Positions 49,013 to 62,671 of a DNA stretch of 64,000 nt are shown here, piece by piece. Position numbers and translations under genes: made by a program. How positions within the stretch are numbered: position 1 is the first letter of the stretch; every line of letters starts with the position of its first letter. Source of the stretch: the human T2T-CHM13v2.0 reference genome, Homo sapiens; assembly GCF_009914755.1 (NCBI RefSeq), contig NC_060933.1, one strand, 5' to 3'. A model generated the notes under the pieces. That model ran no database searches and was not told the origin of the DNA. It worked only from the letters and a program-made list of their open reading frames with translations.

Positions 49013-50024
49013 CAAATCTCCAGTTTCTAAACTGGTAAGCTCAAGTTGCTATGCCTCAAGGAATTTGAGAGAATATTTAATGTAAGATTCAGGACCCAAT
49101 AGTAAGAATTCTACTCAGGACATCTGATCTTCATTGAAACGGATTCTAATCCAACTTCAGTCCTCATAGCAAGGAAGTACTATTTCAGAAAGTCCCTAGA
49201 TTCTCAGATGCATTGGCAAGAACCATACACTGAAGAATTCACAGAAGATTTTAGTCACTTGCTCACTCATCCACTTGAAGTAAGAAAAATCAATCACTGC
49301 ATGTTTATTGTTCTATAATAAAGCAAATGTTAGAAATAAAAGTTAGAAATGTCAAACACACTAAATTGTTACATAATAAACTAATCAAGACACAACTTTT
49401 ATTCAGGACATGGATATTTCTGAAATGAAAACAAAAGAAGAGAATTGACTTAAAATGTTTATAAATACGAATATTATGACAGAACCAAAGCTATTTATGA
49501 GCATTATTTTTAAAAGCTTGTTTAAGTATTATGCACTTGTCTGTGTGACATTTTGTAAAGCGGAGAAAAATTAAGGAGAAAGGAATTGTAGAACACTAAC
49601 AGGAAGAGGACAGATACTGAGGAATGGCTCATGGTATAAGTGAGATTATCAGAGACTTTCTACAATGGAATTTGAAATGCAGGGAGCACATTTGGTGTAT
49701 GGTTGTAGAGGACTTACACTAAAGGGCATTCTTCGGCTACCTCTGCCAGCAGATGAGCGGCTCCTGAGAATGCATACCAAATTAATTCCCCAGCTGTTCA
49801 CATGCATATAAGCAGCTGCTGCTGTTACTGCCTAACACTTATGGCAGTCTGGCAGCACCTCTAATCTCTGCCATAGCAGACAAGCCACTCACCTAAGGCC
49901 TCTGCTGTACTTCCAAAGAAAGAATTTCTCAAGTAGAGACTGAGTGGAACTAGACTGCCAGCTGTGAGCCTCAGAGCTCCTGGCTGACTGTTGCTGAGTC
50001 TATCAGCTGCTGAGCCTTTCTCAC

Positions 50025-50061
<37 letters not shown>

Positions 50062-50630
50062 AGCTTAATAAAATAACCCTGCACAGAAATTTTCTGAAAT
50101 TAAGATAACATTCAATGGAAAACAGAATTTAATCTACAGAAATACACTTCACAGATGTTTTAGGAACAGAACCTAGAGAAAATGAAAGTCAAAATTTAAT
50201 AAAAGAATTTGTCAGGAACTTCAAGGTAAAGACTCCATGTATTTTTTGGCAACTATAAAACACTAAGAAGGCTTTTTAAATATTAAAAAGCCATTTAAAC
50301 ACTTCAAATTAAGATTCCTCAATATACTTCAGATTTCTGTACTGAGTTACCCTCTCGAGTGTTTGGAAGTCTTTTCTTCCTCATTAAGCAAACACTTACA
50401 CAGTGTTACCATGGCTTTGTAATCTTAGTTTTGAAGACAGGCAAATGTACTAGCCAAATATGCCAAACTAACTTATTAAGAGCATTCCAAACAACATTTT
50501 GGATCCAATTCTTTTTAAATGCACTTAGATCTTTCTTATATCAGAATCAAGCATATTTGTCAATTACTTAATGTTTATTATTAATAACTAAAATGATTTG
50601 TTATTAATAGGAATAGCTTTTTAAAAGTAC

Positions 50631-50675
50631 CTTGATCTTTGTGTTTCTAAGATTTGTCCTAGTCCATTTATGGAT
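50631..50675 (-). pseudogene. ZNG1/CBWD exon 9
   Basis: cag|(R)SINGLGQILETQRS(R)|gtactt; 45 bp. Confidence 0.93.
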
Positions 50676-53307
50676 CTGAAATAAATAATAAATGAGGAAG
50701 ACAAAGTTTAAAAGTAAAAATTAACTTTTTAAAAAAGTATACAAAGTATATTGTTTCTAAAACAGGAAATAAGCATACCCAAATACATCTGGAACCAGAA
50801 AAAAATTAAAAACAGAAAAACAAAACTTGCTTTAAAAAATAATTATGATTTTCCTTCAAACAATAAATCACATATATTCCACTCATACATCAATAAAACA
50901 TATATGCAAAAATTCGCACAACTGTCAGATTAAGGGCTACTTTGTGGTTAATAAAAAGACGCTTCACTTTAGAAAAAATCATTCATAAATAGTCAGTTAT
51001 CCTAGTGATCTTAAAAATGAGTAGATACTCAAAATTTTTACGGTGGTCACTTTTTTCCTCAGGCATACATGGTAGAAATGGCTATATACACACTAAAAAT
51101 AAAAACCTAGTTGTAAGTTGCTTTGCCCCCAGCCTGTCCTTAGTATTCACAGTAATTCTAAGTCACACATCCCAGGTTCCTTTATAGAATAACCTCGTCA
51201 GTTCCCTAATTAGGCTCTCTACCCGTTATGCCTATTCTCCCTCTTTTGATACTATAGAATATGGCTTTGTATGGCACCAAAAAGTACCTGTTAAATTCTT
51301 TTCAGCACACTGTACACCTCATCTATTTATCTTTTCCATTGCCTATCATCAATCATCAATTCTCTATCATGAATTCAATTGTCTTTAGGGTTACTTACCC
51401 AAGATTCTTGCTACTTGTTCAAGGTTGTTCTCATGGGTAAGGCTTCCCACATATAATGATTCTGAGGCAAGTCTCTCCACTATTTTACAAAATTCTTAAA
51501 TCTTCTTTTTTGAATACACTCTAGTCTGATGGCTAATTCCTCTCAAACATGTTTACCTTTTTTCACCTCCCCAAATATCATTCTGAGTCAGTCACAAGTC
51601 TGATATAAAGGGAGGGTAAAAGCCAAAAGGGTGTGTAATTTATCAAATTGCTTCTTCCAAATTCATTTCTAGTACTGTTAACAAGCTGGCTAATAGTCAA
51701 TATTGTCAGTGTCAGAGATTTAGCTTAGGTCTCTATAAGGATATAAAAGTCAAGTAATAATTATCATTCCTTTTATGCCAAAAACGTTTGCTAAATAGAT
51801 TGTGTTCTTCTTAGCAATCACAATGGTGCACAAGATTTATGAAGGAAACAAGATTAGAAGACCAGTGTCAAAAAATGTAAAAGCAATCTTCATTCATCAC
51901 TTTCTCCTTTTCAAAATCAGCCATCTTTTTCTTTCTTCCCTTTTTTACTATACCTTGAACTTACTATGTAAGCTAAGAAAAAAATTACATAATAATAGCT
52001 AACAGAGCACTTACTATGTGTCAGCACTGTGCAAAGTTTACCAACATTGTCTCATGTAATACTCAAAGCAAACTTATGATAGGCATTATGCCTTTTACAG
52101 AGGAGGCTTTAAAAGGGTAAATAAGCTCCCTAAGAAGACAATGAGAAACAGACCAAGGATTAGAACCCAAGCAGATTCCAAGGTCTGTGATCTTCAACAC
52201 TAGGCAACAATACCTACCCTCCACATGGAGACATTATATTTTTTTATAGTAAAGTTTAAGGACATTACTATTAAAATAAGATGAAATATGTGGAAAAAAT
52301 GTGAATTTCTTTCTTCCACAATCATTAATCATGGCAAATAATCTCCTAATGAGCCTTACCTTTATTGATTCAATTTATAATATATACTATATGAACTGAG
52401 ATGACAGATTCAAAATCTAATGTCAGTAGAACTTATAAATACTAAGAATAGTAATTTTGAGCCACCATCACGCTCAAAGCATTGTACACATTAAAGATAA
52501 CCAATAATAATAGCTACCGAATGTCTCTCTGTATAGGGCTTTTATTAGTTCAGGTCTTACAAAATAATTCAAAACAAAGTCCCTGAACTATAACTTCATT
52601 TGAAAAGTCCATCTTTGTTTTCAAAAGGAATGGGAGTCTCCAGAACAGTCAGCAAAATGACTGTTAGCACATATTTGAGCATCATTCATATTGTCCTGAT
52701 TGTCCTATGCTGATCAGCCTTGGCTATGGACAAAGAAGATATTAAAGCAAGCTGGAAGACAAGGCATGGTTGACAGTTAAGGAAGATGAAGTCAACAAGA
52801 GTTCAGGGAAAACTGAGACCACTTGAGTCAGGGAAGACTTCACATAGGAAGCGGGGAGAGACAGAATAGGCTCTATAGAATAAATTTAAAAAAAAAAAAA
52901 CAGAACAAGAAAGAACTCAGGGATTGGCAGAGTGAGAATACATTATGAGTAAAGACAGGAACTGAGAGGATGCATCCATGGGAAAGTGAATTAACCATCC
53001 TGGGTAAAGTTAGGGAAGACTGACATTAGGAAAGAGTCAAAGAGAAGACAGGAAAAGAAAGATGGAGTGCGAAGACCCTGAATATCAGTCTATTAACTGT
53101 GAACTATATTCTGCAAGCACTGGGGACTAATTTTATGTATTACCATTTATATAACAATTAGCCATCAACAATATATGTGATTCCCTAACGTTCTTGAAGC
53201 AGGTCAACCTTATACCTTAAGTTTCTACAGGGCAACAATCAGAGTAAAAAATATTCTGTGTATACAATATGGATCTGTAGGCACTTAACACACTTATCAT
53301 TTTGTAC

Positions 53308-53394
53308 CTAATTGTCGTTCTTAATTTCTTTACATCTTCTTCTGGAACCAAGTCTGTTTTATTAATGAGAATGATATCTGCCAAAGCAACTTGC
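53308..53394 (-). pseudogene. ZNG1/CBWD exon 8 (G4 NKxD motif)
   Basis: tag|(R)[28 protein letters not shown](R)|gtacaa; 87 bp. Confidence 0.94.
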
Positions 53395-53906
53395 CTAAAA
53401 TAGCAAACAAAAAGAAATGTTAAGAAATTTTAAATAATATACACGCATGCAGATTAATACATCAAAAGAGAAATGTTAACAAATTAAAAATAAATAAAAA
53501 CACCTCATGTAGATCAATATATCAGTTAAGGATTATATAGTGCTCTATAGGAGTGATTCAGTTTACTCCTAATCCGCTAATTTTTCAATGTGAATGAATT
53601 GTATTCATTACTATGCAAGTTCAGATTTCACATTACCCATTTGCAAAGTATTTACTAAGTTCTGTTACTTGCTACTCTTGCGCTACAAAGATAAGTCTCA
53701 AAAAGTTTACAATCAAAAGGATGATTTTAAACTCATAATTTTCTTTGTGAAGAAAAGCATAAAATTCAGATATCCAATATGGTAAAAAGAAGAAGAGTTT
53801 ACCTACTAAAATACTGTAATATTTACCAAAATTTTCAAAGAAATAGAATAACTTCACTTAATACTAAAAACTGTATTAAACAGGTTTTTTAAAACTATAC
53901 TTCAGA

Positions 53907-54035
53907 GCTGGGCATGGTAGAGCACACCTGTAGTCCTGGCTACTTAGGAGGCTGAGGAGGGAGGATCCCTTAAGCCCAGGAGTTCAAGTCCAACCTGGGC
54001 AACATAGCAAGACTCCATTTCTTAAAAAAAATAAG
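53907..54035 (+). mobile_element. FLAM/Alu monomer
   Basis: Single monomer with A-tail; TSD ctatacttcaga. Confidence 0.85.
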
Positions 54036-54422
54036 CTATACTTCAGAAGATATATCAGGATATTGCACAAATGTCTTCTTTATCACTATAAATATACTGT
54101 ATATTATCTCTGTAAAGAATCCAGTTGACTGAATGCTAGATAACAAAGTAGATGATAATAATCAGAAGCTCTATTTTCTATTAACAGGATAGTAAAACTG
54201 GAAATTCTTTCAATTTTCCTCAATTATTCAGGGTCTTATGCTTTATCTCAAAGAATACAACTAAATTCTCAAAACTAAATTAACTTTAGTTCACTGAAAG
54301 AGCAGGTTTCAACAGTATGTACATCACAAATCCAATTTGGCTATTTTCTATTTGGCTTATTTATATTTTCTATAATAACCATATTTTCATAAGAAAAAAA
54401 GTTACAAAAATACTTAAGTTCA

Positions 54423-54750
54423 GCCAGGCGCAGTGGATTCATGCCTGTAATCCCAGCACTTTGGGAGGCCGAGGCGGGTGGGTCACCTGAGGTCAGGAGC
54501 TCGAGACCAGCCTGGCCAACATGGTGAAACCCCATCTCTACTAAAATAAAATAAAATAAAATAAAATAAATAAAATAAAAAAATGCAAAAATTAGCTGGG
54601 CATGGTGGTGGGTGCCTGTAATCCCAGCTACTTGGGAGGCTGAGGCAGGAGAATCGCTTGAACCTGGGAGGCAGAGGTTGCAGTGAGCCTGCACTTCAGC
54701 CTGGGTGACAGAGTGAGATTCTGTCTCAAAAAATAATAATAATTATTATT
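54423..54750 (+). mobile_element. Alu (AluS) with (TAAAA)n middle expansion
   Basis: Dimer; TAAAA repeats at about 54542-54580. Confidence 0.9.
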
Positions 54751-55081
54751 ATTATACATATATATATATAAAAAATCTTCAATCCCAAAGAAATTGTATA
54801 ACAAGAAAATATTTTTAAATGTTAATATTTCCCGAGTTCCTCAAAATTACAGAACTCCTGTGTTCAGCATTCACTTTATGCTACGACAAAAATGACTTCA
54901 AGTAAAAGTTTAGTTATGAGATCATTATAAATAGATAGCAATAATTCAACTAAGGGAAAAAAAGAAAACAAATTTTCCTTGACTATGTTTTAAAATTTCT
55001 TAGTTTGTTTTTGGTTTTCATCTTAGTGATTTTTCTCTTTACAATTAGCCAGCAATCAATATATACTTTAAATATGAATAC

Positions 55082-55128
55082 CTAGTAGCTTCATTGATAA
55101 GGCCATCAGGTTTCTCTTCTGTTAAATG
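55082..55128 (-). pseudogene. ZNG1/CBWD exon 7
   Basis: tag|HLTEEKPDGLINEAT(R)|gtattc; 47 bp. Confidence 0.93.
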
Positions 55129-57884
55129 CTAAACAAAAAAAAGTTTGAATAAAGTTACTATAATACAATAAAAAATCTAATGTCAACACAAAGGATTTTA
55201 CTTTAGAGACATTTTCTTGCATTTAATAAAAACTTCAACATGTTCTGTTACTGAATACACAAATCCAAAACTAACTTTTCTAGCTGAAAGCATTTTTCTT
55301 CCTCATTTGCAATTTTTTTCTACAAGTGAACCTGTGGGGTTTTATAGGGGGAGGAAGAGGGCTTAGGATTTCATACTCCTGACCTTTTCTTTTACTTAAA
55401 AGGAAAACCCCTTTGATTCACATAATGTCATAAAAACATAGAAGATTACAGTTCAGATTTTAGGTATTTTCCTTCTTACAAAACTGTTCTGGTTCTAAAT
55501 ATTCATTATTACTTATTTTAAAAAAAGGATAACCACTGAAATATAGTTTCTTAGAATCTAATATACTTCCCTTCACACCAAACCCCCATATTAGAATCTA
55601 AAATACTTCCCTGCACCCCAGCCCACAATCATGCACCACGTGAACTCAGTACTAGGCCTTTCAAACACCCTAGAAACAAATAAGTGGTGGGAAGGCTGAT
55701 TCAGCCCTGATTGTAGCCTAAAAGCAGTTTATCATTTAGAAACCCATACTTGCTAATCTGGCCTCTCAGTGCAACTGTTTATTTTACTGACCTCTCCAGA
55801 GTCAGGCTAACTCCAAAAAATATTTTGACACTGACTTAGAGCCCAAGTGGTAGTTTCCATCTCTCTGGAGGCAAGTTTTGTTGTCTGTTTTTTTTTTTCC
55901 CCCTCATAATCCTGTTTACATCCCTAACGTCATCAACATCACAAGCTTCTTCTCTGGGAAATTACACTTTTACCCTCATTACCTCAAACCTCAATAGAGG
56001 TTCCCTGTCACAATAAAAAGCTGGCTACTGAGGTTTAGAGGCAACTAGATTATAGTAATACTCTATATTTGAAGCCAACTTTACAAATGAATTAAATCCT
56101 TGAATCTAACTTTATAAATTATATACATTTTTCTCATTTAGCTTTCATAATAATTATGGGAGATGGCTATTTTCATTTATAAAGGAAGAAACTAAATCTA
56201 ACACCCTCATCATCACAGGATACTATATTTTATATGCAAGCACAGGGACTTTTTTTTTTAATTGAACACACACCCATCAAGTAAAATGAACATAATTTTA
56301 AAGCCTTTGTGAAATCTTTTATGCCACATAAAATCAGTCTGTGTACAATGCTACACAAATGTCAATAACCATATATCAGAGCCAAACCAGTTTCATAATT
56401 CATGGGGAGATGATCATTAGGGGTATCTGAATAGTTTGGAACCTCAGAGCAAGCAGGTAATAATTTTATTTAACAAGCTTGATTAGGTCTATAGAAGAAA
56501 CATTTTTTCCTTCTAAAAGTTCAGCAAATTCTATTTTGAGGAAAACAAAACTGAAATAAAATCATGGCAATGATACTTCTACTTCAGGCAAAATCTTGTT
56601 CAATTCAACTGCAGACCCGCTCTGCAATTATGGAAGTCACAGAACTTGACAAGTATTGTATCAAAAATCATTCCATGCCAAAAGATCAAGTTTAATATTT
56701 TTTTCATAATTCATCTTGGCCTGAGGCTACAACAAGTCCTATTGTTATATACTCTGCCTCTAGAGAATGAGGCTGCTAACAGACCTTGGAATGGTGCCTG
56801 GCACAAAGGCTCAAGAAATATTTGTTGAATGAATTGTAATTAACACCTTCTGTTGTGGGGATACATAAAAGATGTTACATGAAAAATGCCATCTAACATG
56901 CAGCAACAAATCTCTTCCCATTAAGCAGTAAATCTACTTAACAATGATATATTTTTGGCAAGGCATCTGCCTCTGAATGATCCTATAGTACTGAAAATTC
57001 TTTTTAAACTGAAATATTTTTCAAGATATTATATTATTGACCTTATGAAAGCTTTTTTAACATATGAAATTGGGGTTATTTGGCTATGAGTTTGTGAGGC
57101 ATAAAAATGATATGACAGAAGAATTACAGATTTGTTTTTGCATTTCCATGCCTAAATGTAACTAATACAATGTTAGTTTCACAAGGTAATGTGCAATGTT
57201 TTAAATGCATTTACCTCTCCAAAATATTAGAATTCTTCACTCAAAGCTAACAGTGGTAGACTAACGTTTTACTACTTCCAGGCAGTCAGAAAGTATCAAA
57301 TATAAAAATAAATGAAAATCACCCCAAATGAGAGCCTGCCAATATTTACAGCTGTATTAAAATTATATGTAATCATATACAATTATAGCAGAAGAGATAA
57401 ATGTCCTCTTCTATGCCCATAGGAAAGCTATACAAATATTTAAAAAAATAAGTGCATCTTAACATTTATTTTCTTTAGACATCAGCCCTGCATTTCCCTC
57501 ATGTGACTTCCTACCTTCCCAAATCAAACTCTGCAAAAAGTATAAAATCAATGTCTTCTATTCAAAAGAACATTCTCCAATAATACATTATATACCATTT
57601 GGTCATTAAGTCAGATGACTTTCATTTATAAAATAAAACAAAATGGAAAGTTTGGCATTCTATTCCACCTGTATAAGTAAATGAAGAAAAAAATTTTGCA
57701 AAATATTTTTTAAATATTTTATATTACATAGATGTCCAAAGTATTCCTTATCTCTGCTTAACAACTATGGCTTTTGCTTATATATCAAAAAAGACAAAAA
57801 TAATTTTGATACTAATTAATCCAACATATTCAAAAGGCTAAGGATCAAAACCCCAATTTAACTTACCACAAGAAACAAAGGAAA

Positions 57885-58152
57885 TTAAAGGGGAGTGGTG
57901 TGAGATGTTGGTCAAAGAATACAAAGTTTGTTATACAAGATGCATAAGTCATGGAGAGCTAATTACAGCATGATGACTGTAGTTAATTCTATTGTATACT
58001 TGAATCTGCTAAAACATAGATCTTAATTGTTCTTACCACCCCCTCTCAAAAAAATAGCAATGTGAGGTGATGGATAGGTTAACTAGCTCGATTGTTTGAT
58101 AATGTAATTCACACACTGTATACCTTAAATATATATAGTTTTTACTTGTCAA
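57885..58152 (+). mobile_element. L1MA-type 3' end
   Basis: 'gagatgttggtcaaagaatacaaag...tgtgaggtgatggataggttaactagct...aattatacctcaataaagctgg'. Confidence 0.75.
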
Positions 58153-59769
58153 TTATACCTCAATAAAGCTGGGGGGTTAGAGAGAGAAACAAAGGAACTC
58201 TCTGAAATAACACCACTGTAGACCTAACTTCATGAAGGGCTATAGGGTGTCCTTTTCTGCAGAAATAAAGAAAGAAGCCGGACCGAAAAAAGAGAAAGAA
58301 AGAAAAGAAAAAACTATCTTAAAACCCACTGGCTATGAAAGAACACTGCTGTTGACCAGAGTGGAAATAAATCTAGTGTCAAAGATGTCTGGTGTCATTT
58401 TTAAAAAGCAGCAGCAGGAACTATTTCTTTCAAATGGATTGGTTACAGATGTAACACTATTTTAGTTTTTAAAAAATTATTGCATAATGTCAGTCTATTT
58501 ATTGTTCTGGCCTTTTCCAAGCTAACTGTTTTCTGACTGAATTGTTTCAACAGATTGTGCAATATAACAGAGGAACCAAGAAGAAACCTCTCACTTGACC
58601 TTCTCTGGGTAACTTCATTCATTGCTTCTATTGCATTAAATGCTGTCACATTTGTAGAACTGAAAAGAACAATGTCAGTAGCCCGGGTGTCAAGTCCTCA
58701 GAATAGAGAGCTGTCATTTTAAGTTGTCCAATTCTTTGCCTATGATTAAAAAATGAATATTTCAGATCAATGGGTGACAATCCCATTAGAGTGATACCCC
58801 ATGATATCAATTACCACTTCAGTTTCAATTTGGCTGGCTGGCCACAGGGTACCATTTCTCAGCTTTACTTGTCATGGGCTGGCTCTGTGAAGCATGACAT
58901 TCTTAAATTGCTGCCCATTATCCAAGTGTCATTACTTGTACTGCCTCAGAATTCTCTGAATCACAAGCAGCTACTGAGGTCAAGCTTTGCAACCAGAGGA
59001 ATTGGACAAGTTGGAAAATTCTTTATATCAAGGCAAAGTTATTTATCTGGCATCCGACTTAGAAAATTTAAAGTTTCCATTATCCTGACAGTGTGTCAGT
59101 TTTGTGTAGGTATATTGATTTAATAATTTAAGAGGTTTTATCAAGGTAGCAGAAGGTTAAACGTTTACTGTGTTTGCATTATTCAGAATGTTGCTTTGTT
59201 TTTTTGGCCTCCGTCATGCTGATAATAGATTCTATTTAACTCTTCTCCATACCCAACTATACATATAAAATTTTTCCTATAATCATAAAATACATAAACA
59301 GTTTGACTTTTAGCATGGCATTTTCAGTCTATCAAAATAAAAAAAAAACAAAATGTCTTAGCAGTTATCTGTCACATAGGTATATCAAATTTTGTAATAA
59401 ATTTATGGAAGAGGTAGATTCAAACATGCCTATAATAAACATTCAAAATGAATAATTTGGGGCTTTTTTGCTACCTCCATAAGCATTTTGCAAGAAATAT
59501 GATTTCCAACAGTCATTGGAATTTTTCTGCGTGAAACTGTAATACTGTATTTGGGATCATTCTTTGATTCTTAAATTATATTCATAAATTCATAAATTGA
59601 GATTTTAAACTCTAAAAAAGGAGTTTTCTTCCAAACTTTTCAAATTAGGGCACTCTATCAACGAGGGAGAGAAGGCCCAGTGAAGAGGTATTGGTAGCTA
59701 TTTGACAAACCTGACATATCCCCTTAGAGCATAATTTCAGCAAAGATTTGGGGAAAAAAAGCAAACTTA

Positions 59770-60129
<360 letters not shown>

Positions 60130-60394
60130 TTAAACACTGAATTTAAACTTCTAAGAACTTACTGCTTTGGGCCCTATCCATATGCTCAGATTGGGAACGG
60201 GTCAGTGGGTGGGATGATTTCATTCTCTTCTGCCTTTAGTGGTATTTCACCTGGGAAGTTGAGAAACATCATTTTACTGTATGTAACAACATACTTTTAA
60301 AGATCTTACTAAATGCATTTTATAAATTAAACCTCATTTAAATGCATTCTAGGACCTTAGAAGTTAACAAAAACATTCATAGCAGGATGTCTTT

Positions 60395-60429
60395 TACACT
60401 TGATCTTAGCCAAAAGACCAAGAAGCGAT
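60395..60429 (-). pseudogene. U2 snRNA retropseudogene (nt 1-35 only)
   Basis: Reverse complement ATCGCTTCTTGGTCTTTTGGCTAAGATCAAGTGTA versus U2 ATCGCTTCTCGGCCTTTTGGCTAAGATCAAGTGTA (2 mismatches). Flanking repeats gcaggatgtctttta / gcaagatgcctttta. Confidence 0.9.
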
Positions 60430-60499
60430 GCAAGATGCCTTTTAATGGAGAGAGTCTTCTTACTAATCCTATGTGTATATCCTGATTTTCTTCAATATG

Positions 60500-60608
60500 T
60501 ACTTTTTAAATTTTAAGTTCCAGGGTACATGCTCACGATGTGCAGGTTTGTTACATAGGTAAACGCGTGCCATGGTGGTTTCCTGCACCTATTAACCCAT
60601 CACCTAGG
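60500..60608 (-). mobile_element. Short 5'-truncated L1PA 3' end
   Basis: 'gggtacatg...gatgtgcaggtttgttacataggtaaac...ccatggtggttt'; TSD tcttcaatat. Confidence 0.8.
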
Positions 60609-61027
60609 TCTTCAATATTTTTTAAAAACTCATTTCCAGTGTGTGTTTAATAGTAATTTAACAAGAAAAATAAGATCTCAGATGCTTTATCAAGCTCAGC
60701 TTCTTCTATGGAACAGAAAAACTTACCAATATTGGGGTTGAATCCTTGTGAAGAGCTATACATACCAAACTCTATCCTAACCCCATATGCTTATTACAAA
60801 TTATAATTCCAAATTTTATCACCAAATCAAACTCAGAGTAATAGAAAAGAAATATTTAACACAAACTAATAATTAAAACACAAATTTCACCTATTGTTCA
60901 GGATATCTTTTTGAGAAAGGTTTTTGTTAAAGAAAATTTCAGATACAAACATAAAGAAAATTAAACAATCAATCCCCATATTCCCAGCTCTCAATAATGA
61001 GCCACTCATAGCAATCTTTCAACTTAC

Positions 61028-61065
61028 TTTTAATCCATATTTTGAATCCACAATAGTTATGATAC
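61028..61065 (-). pseudogene. ZNG1/CBWD exon 6
   Basis: tag|(G)IITIVDSKYGLK|gtaagt; 38 bp. Confidence 0.93.
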
Positions 61066-62154
61066 CTACAAAGGAAAAAACATTTTAATCACTTTTTAAA
61101 AAGAATGCTTATTAATACTTGTGCAACCATACTTCAGAATGAAAATTAAAACTAACCTATTTCAGTTCACAAATACTACTCAATAAAACAATGTACTGTT
61201 TTTTTCTCTTGCCAGTGCTGCCATTTAATTAAATTCCAGTAATAAGTCAATGCATTTCCTGAGTGGCTAGCACTATTTTAAGGCACTAGAGAAGATATAA
61301 AACAAATAAAAATTTTAAATTAAATAAATAAGAAAATAAGATTTCCTTGGCACTGAAAAAGCTTACAATCCAAAATATAAGTCAAATTTCACAACATAGT
61401 CAAATATGATAAGTACATAAGACAGGTTATTTCTAGTTTATTTTCACATAATCAAAATCAAGACTTTTCTTAAGATTTAAATTATTGCCTAAAGAATGAG
61501 ACATCTTAAGGTATCATTCCTAACATCTCTCACCAAATCCAAATCCAACTCATAAATGTTTTACATAACATATGCCTAAGTTTCCAAACTACCAATTCAT
61601 TTTGCAATCTCTGAATATATGCTGATAACAAAAGAATGAGTTTAATTATGCCTAAGGAATTCAACCAGTTACCCGCCACATATATTAGAGCTCAATGATG
61701 GGGCCCAGCTTAATAATTCTTAAATTTCTTAATGATTATTACTTTTGAAAAAGTAAGAAAATTTCGACTGGTTTTTAAAAAGGTGAAAAAGGGAAAGAGA
61801 AAGGGAGAAAACATAGTCGCTTAACTAAGAAAGTTTCTAATATATTTTAAATGAAGGCATATCATTGCCCAAAAGTGTTCAGGTAAATAAAGTAAGGGAG
61901 GAGTGTTTAATTCTTATCTTCAAGAGAAAATAAAAGCAAAAATATGATCCTCATATTGCCTGGAGGATAAAAATAAAAGGCTCTAACATTACATTAAGGA
62001 CATAAATCAAACAACAGAGGATACAGAAAACCTACAAAGCATTGTTTTTTTTAAAGAAAACCTTAGTGGAAGCACTAAATTGGAAGTTGAGTGACATCGA
62101 GTTCCACCACTGTCTGGGGTTTTTTAATCTATATGAACAAAGATTTCATCATTA

Positions 62155-62607
<453 letters not shown>

Positions 62608-62611
62608 TTAC

Positions 62612-62671
62612 CATCAAGGTAAATATCACTCCCTAATTCAGCATCAACCCAAAACATAGAAGCCACTGCAC
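62612..62671 (-). pseudogene. ZNG1/CBWD exon 5
   Basis: cag|(G)[19 protein letters not shown](G)|gtaagt; 60 bp. Confidence 0.94.

Noticed and set aside
58770-59123. 117-aa ORF inside the motif cluster
   Set aside because: No known domain or splice context, and antisense to the host; better explained as non-coding sequence.
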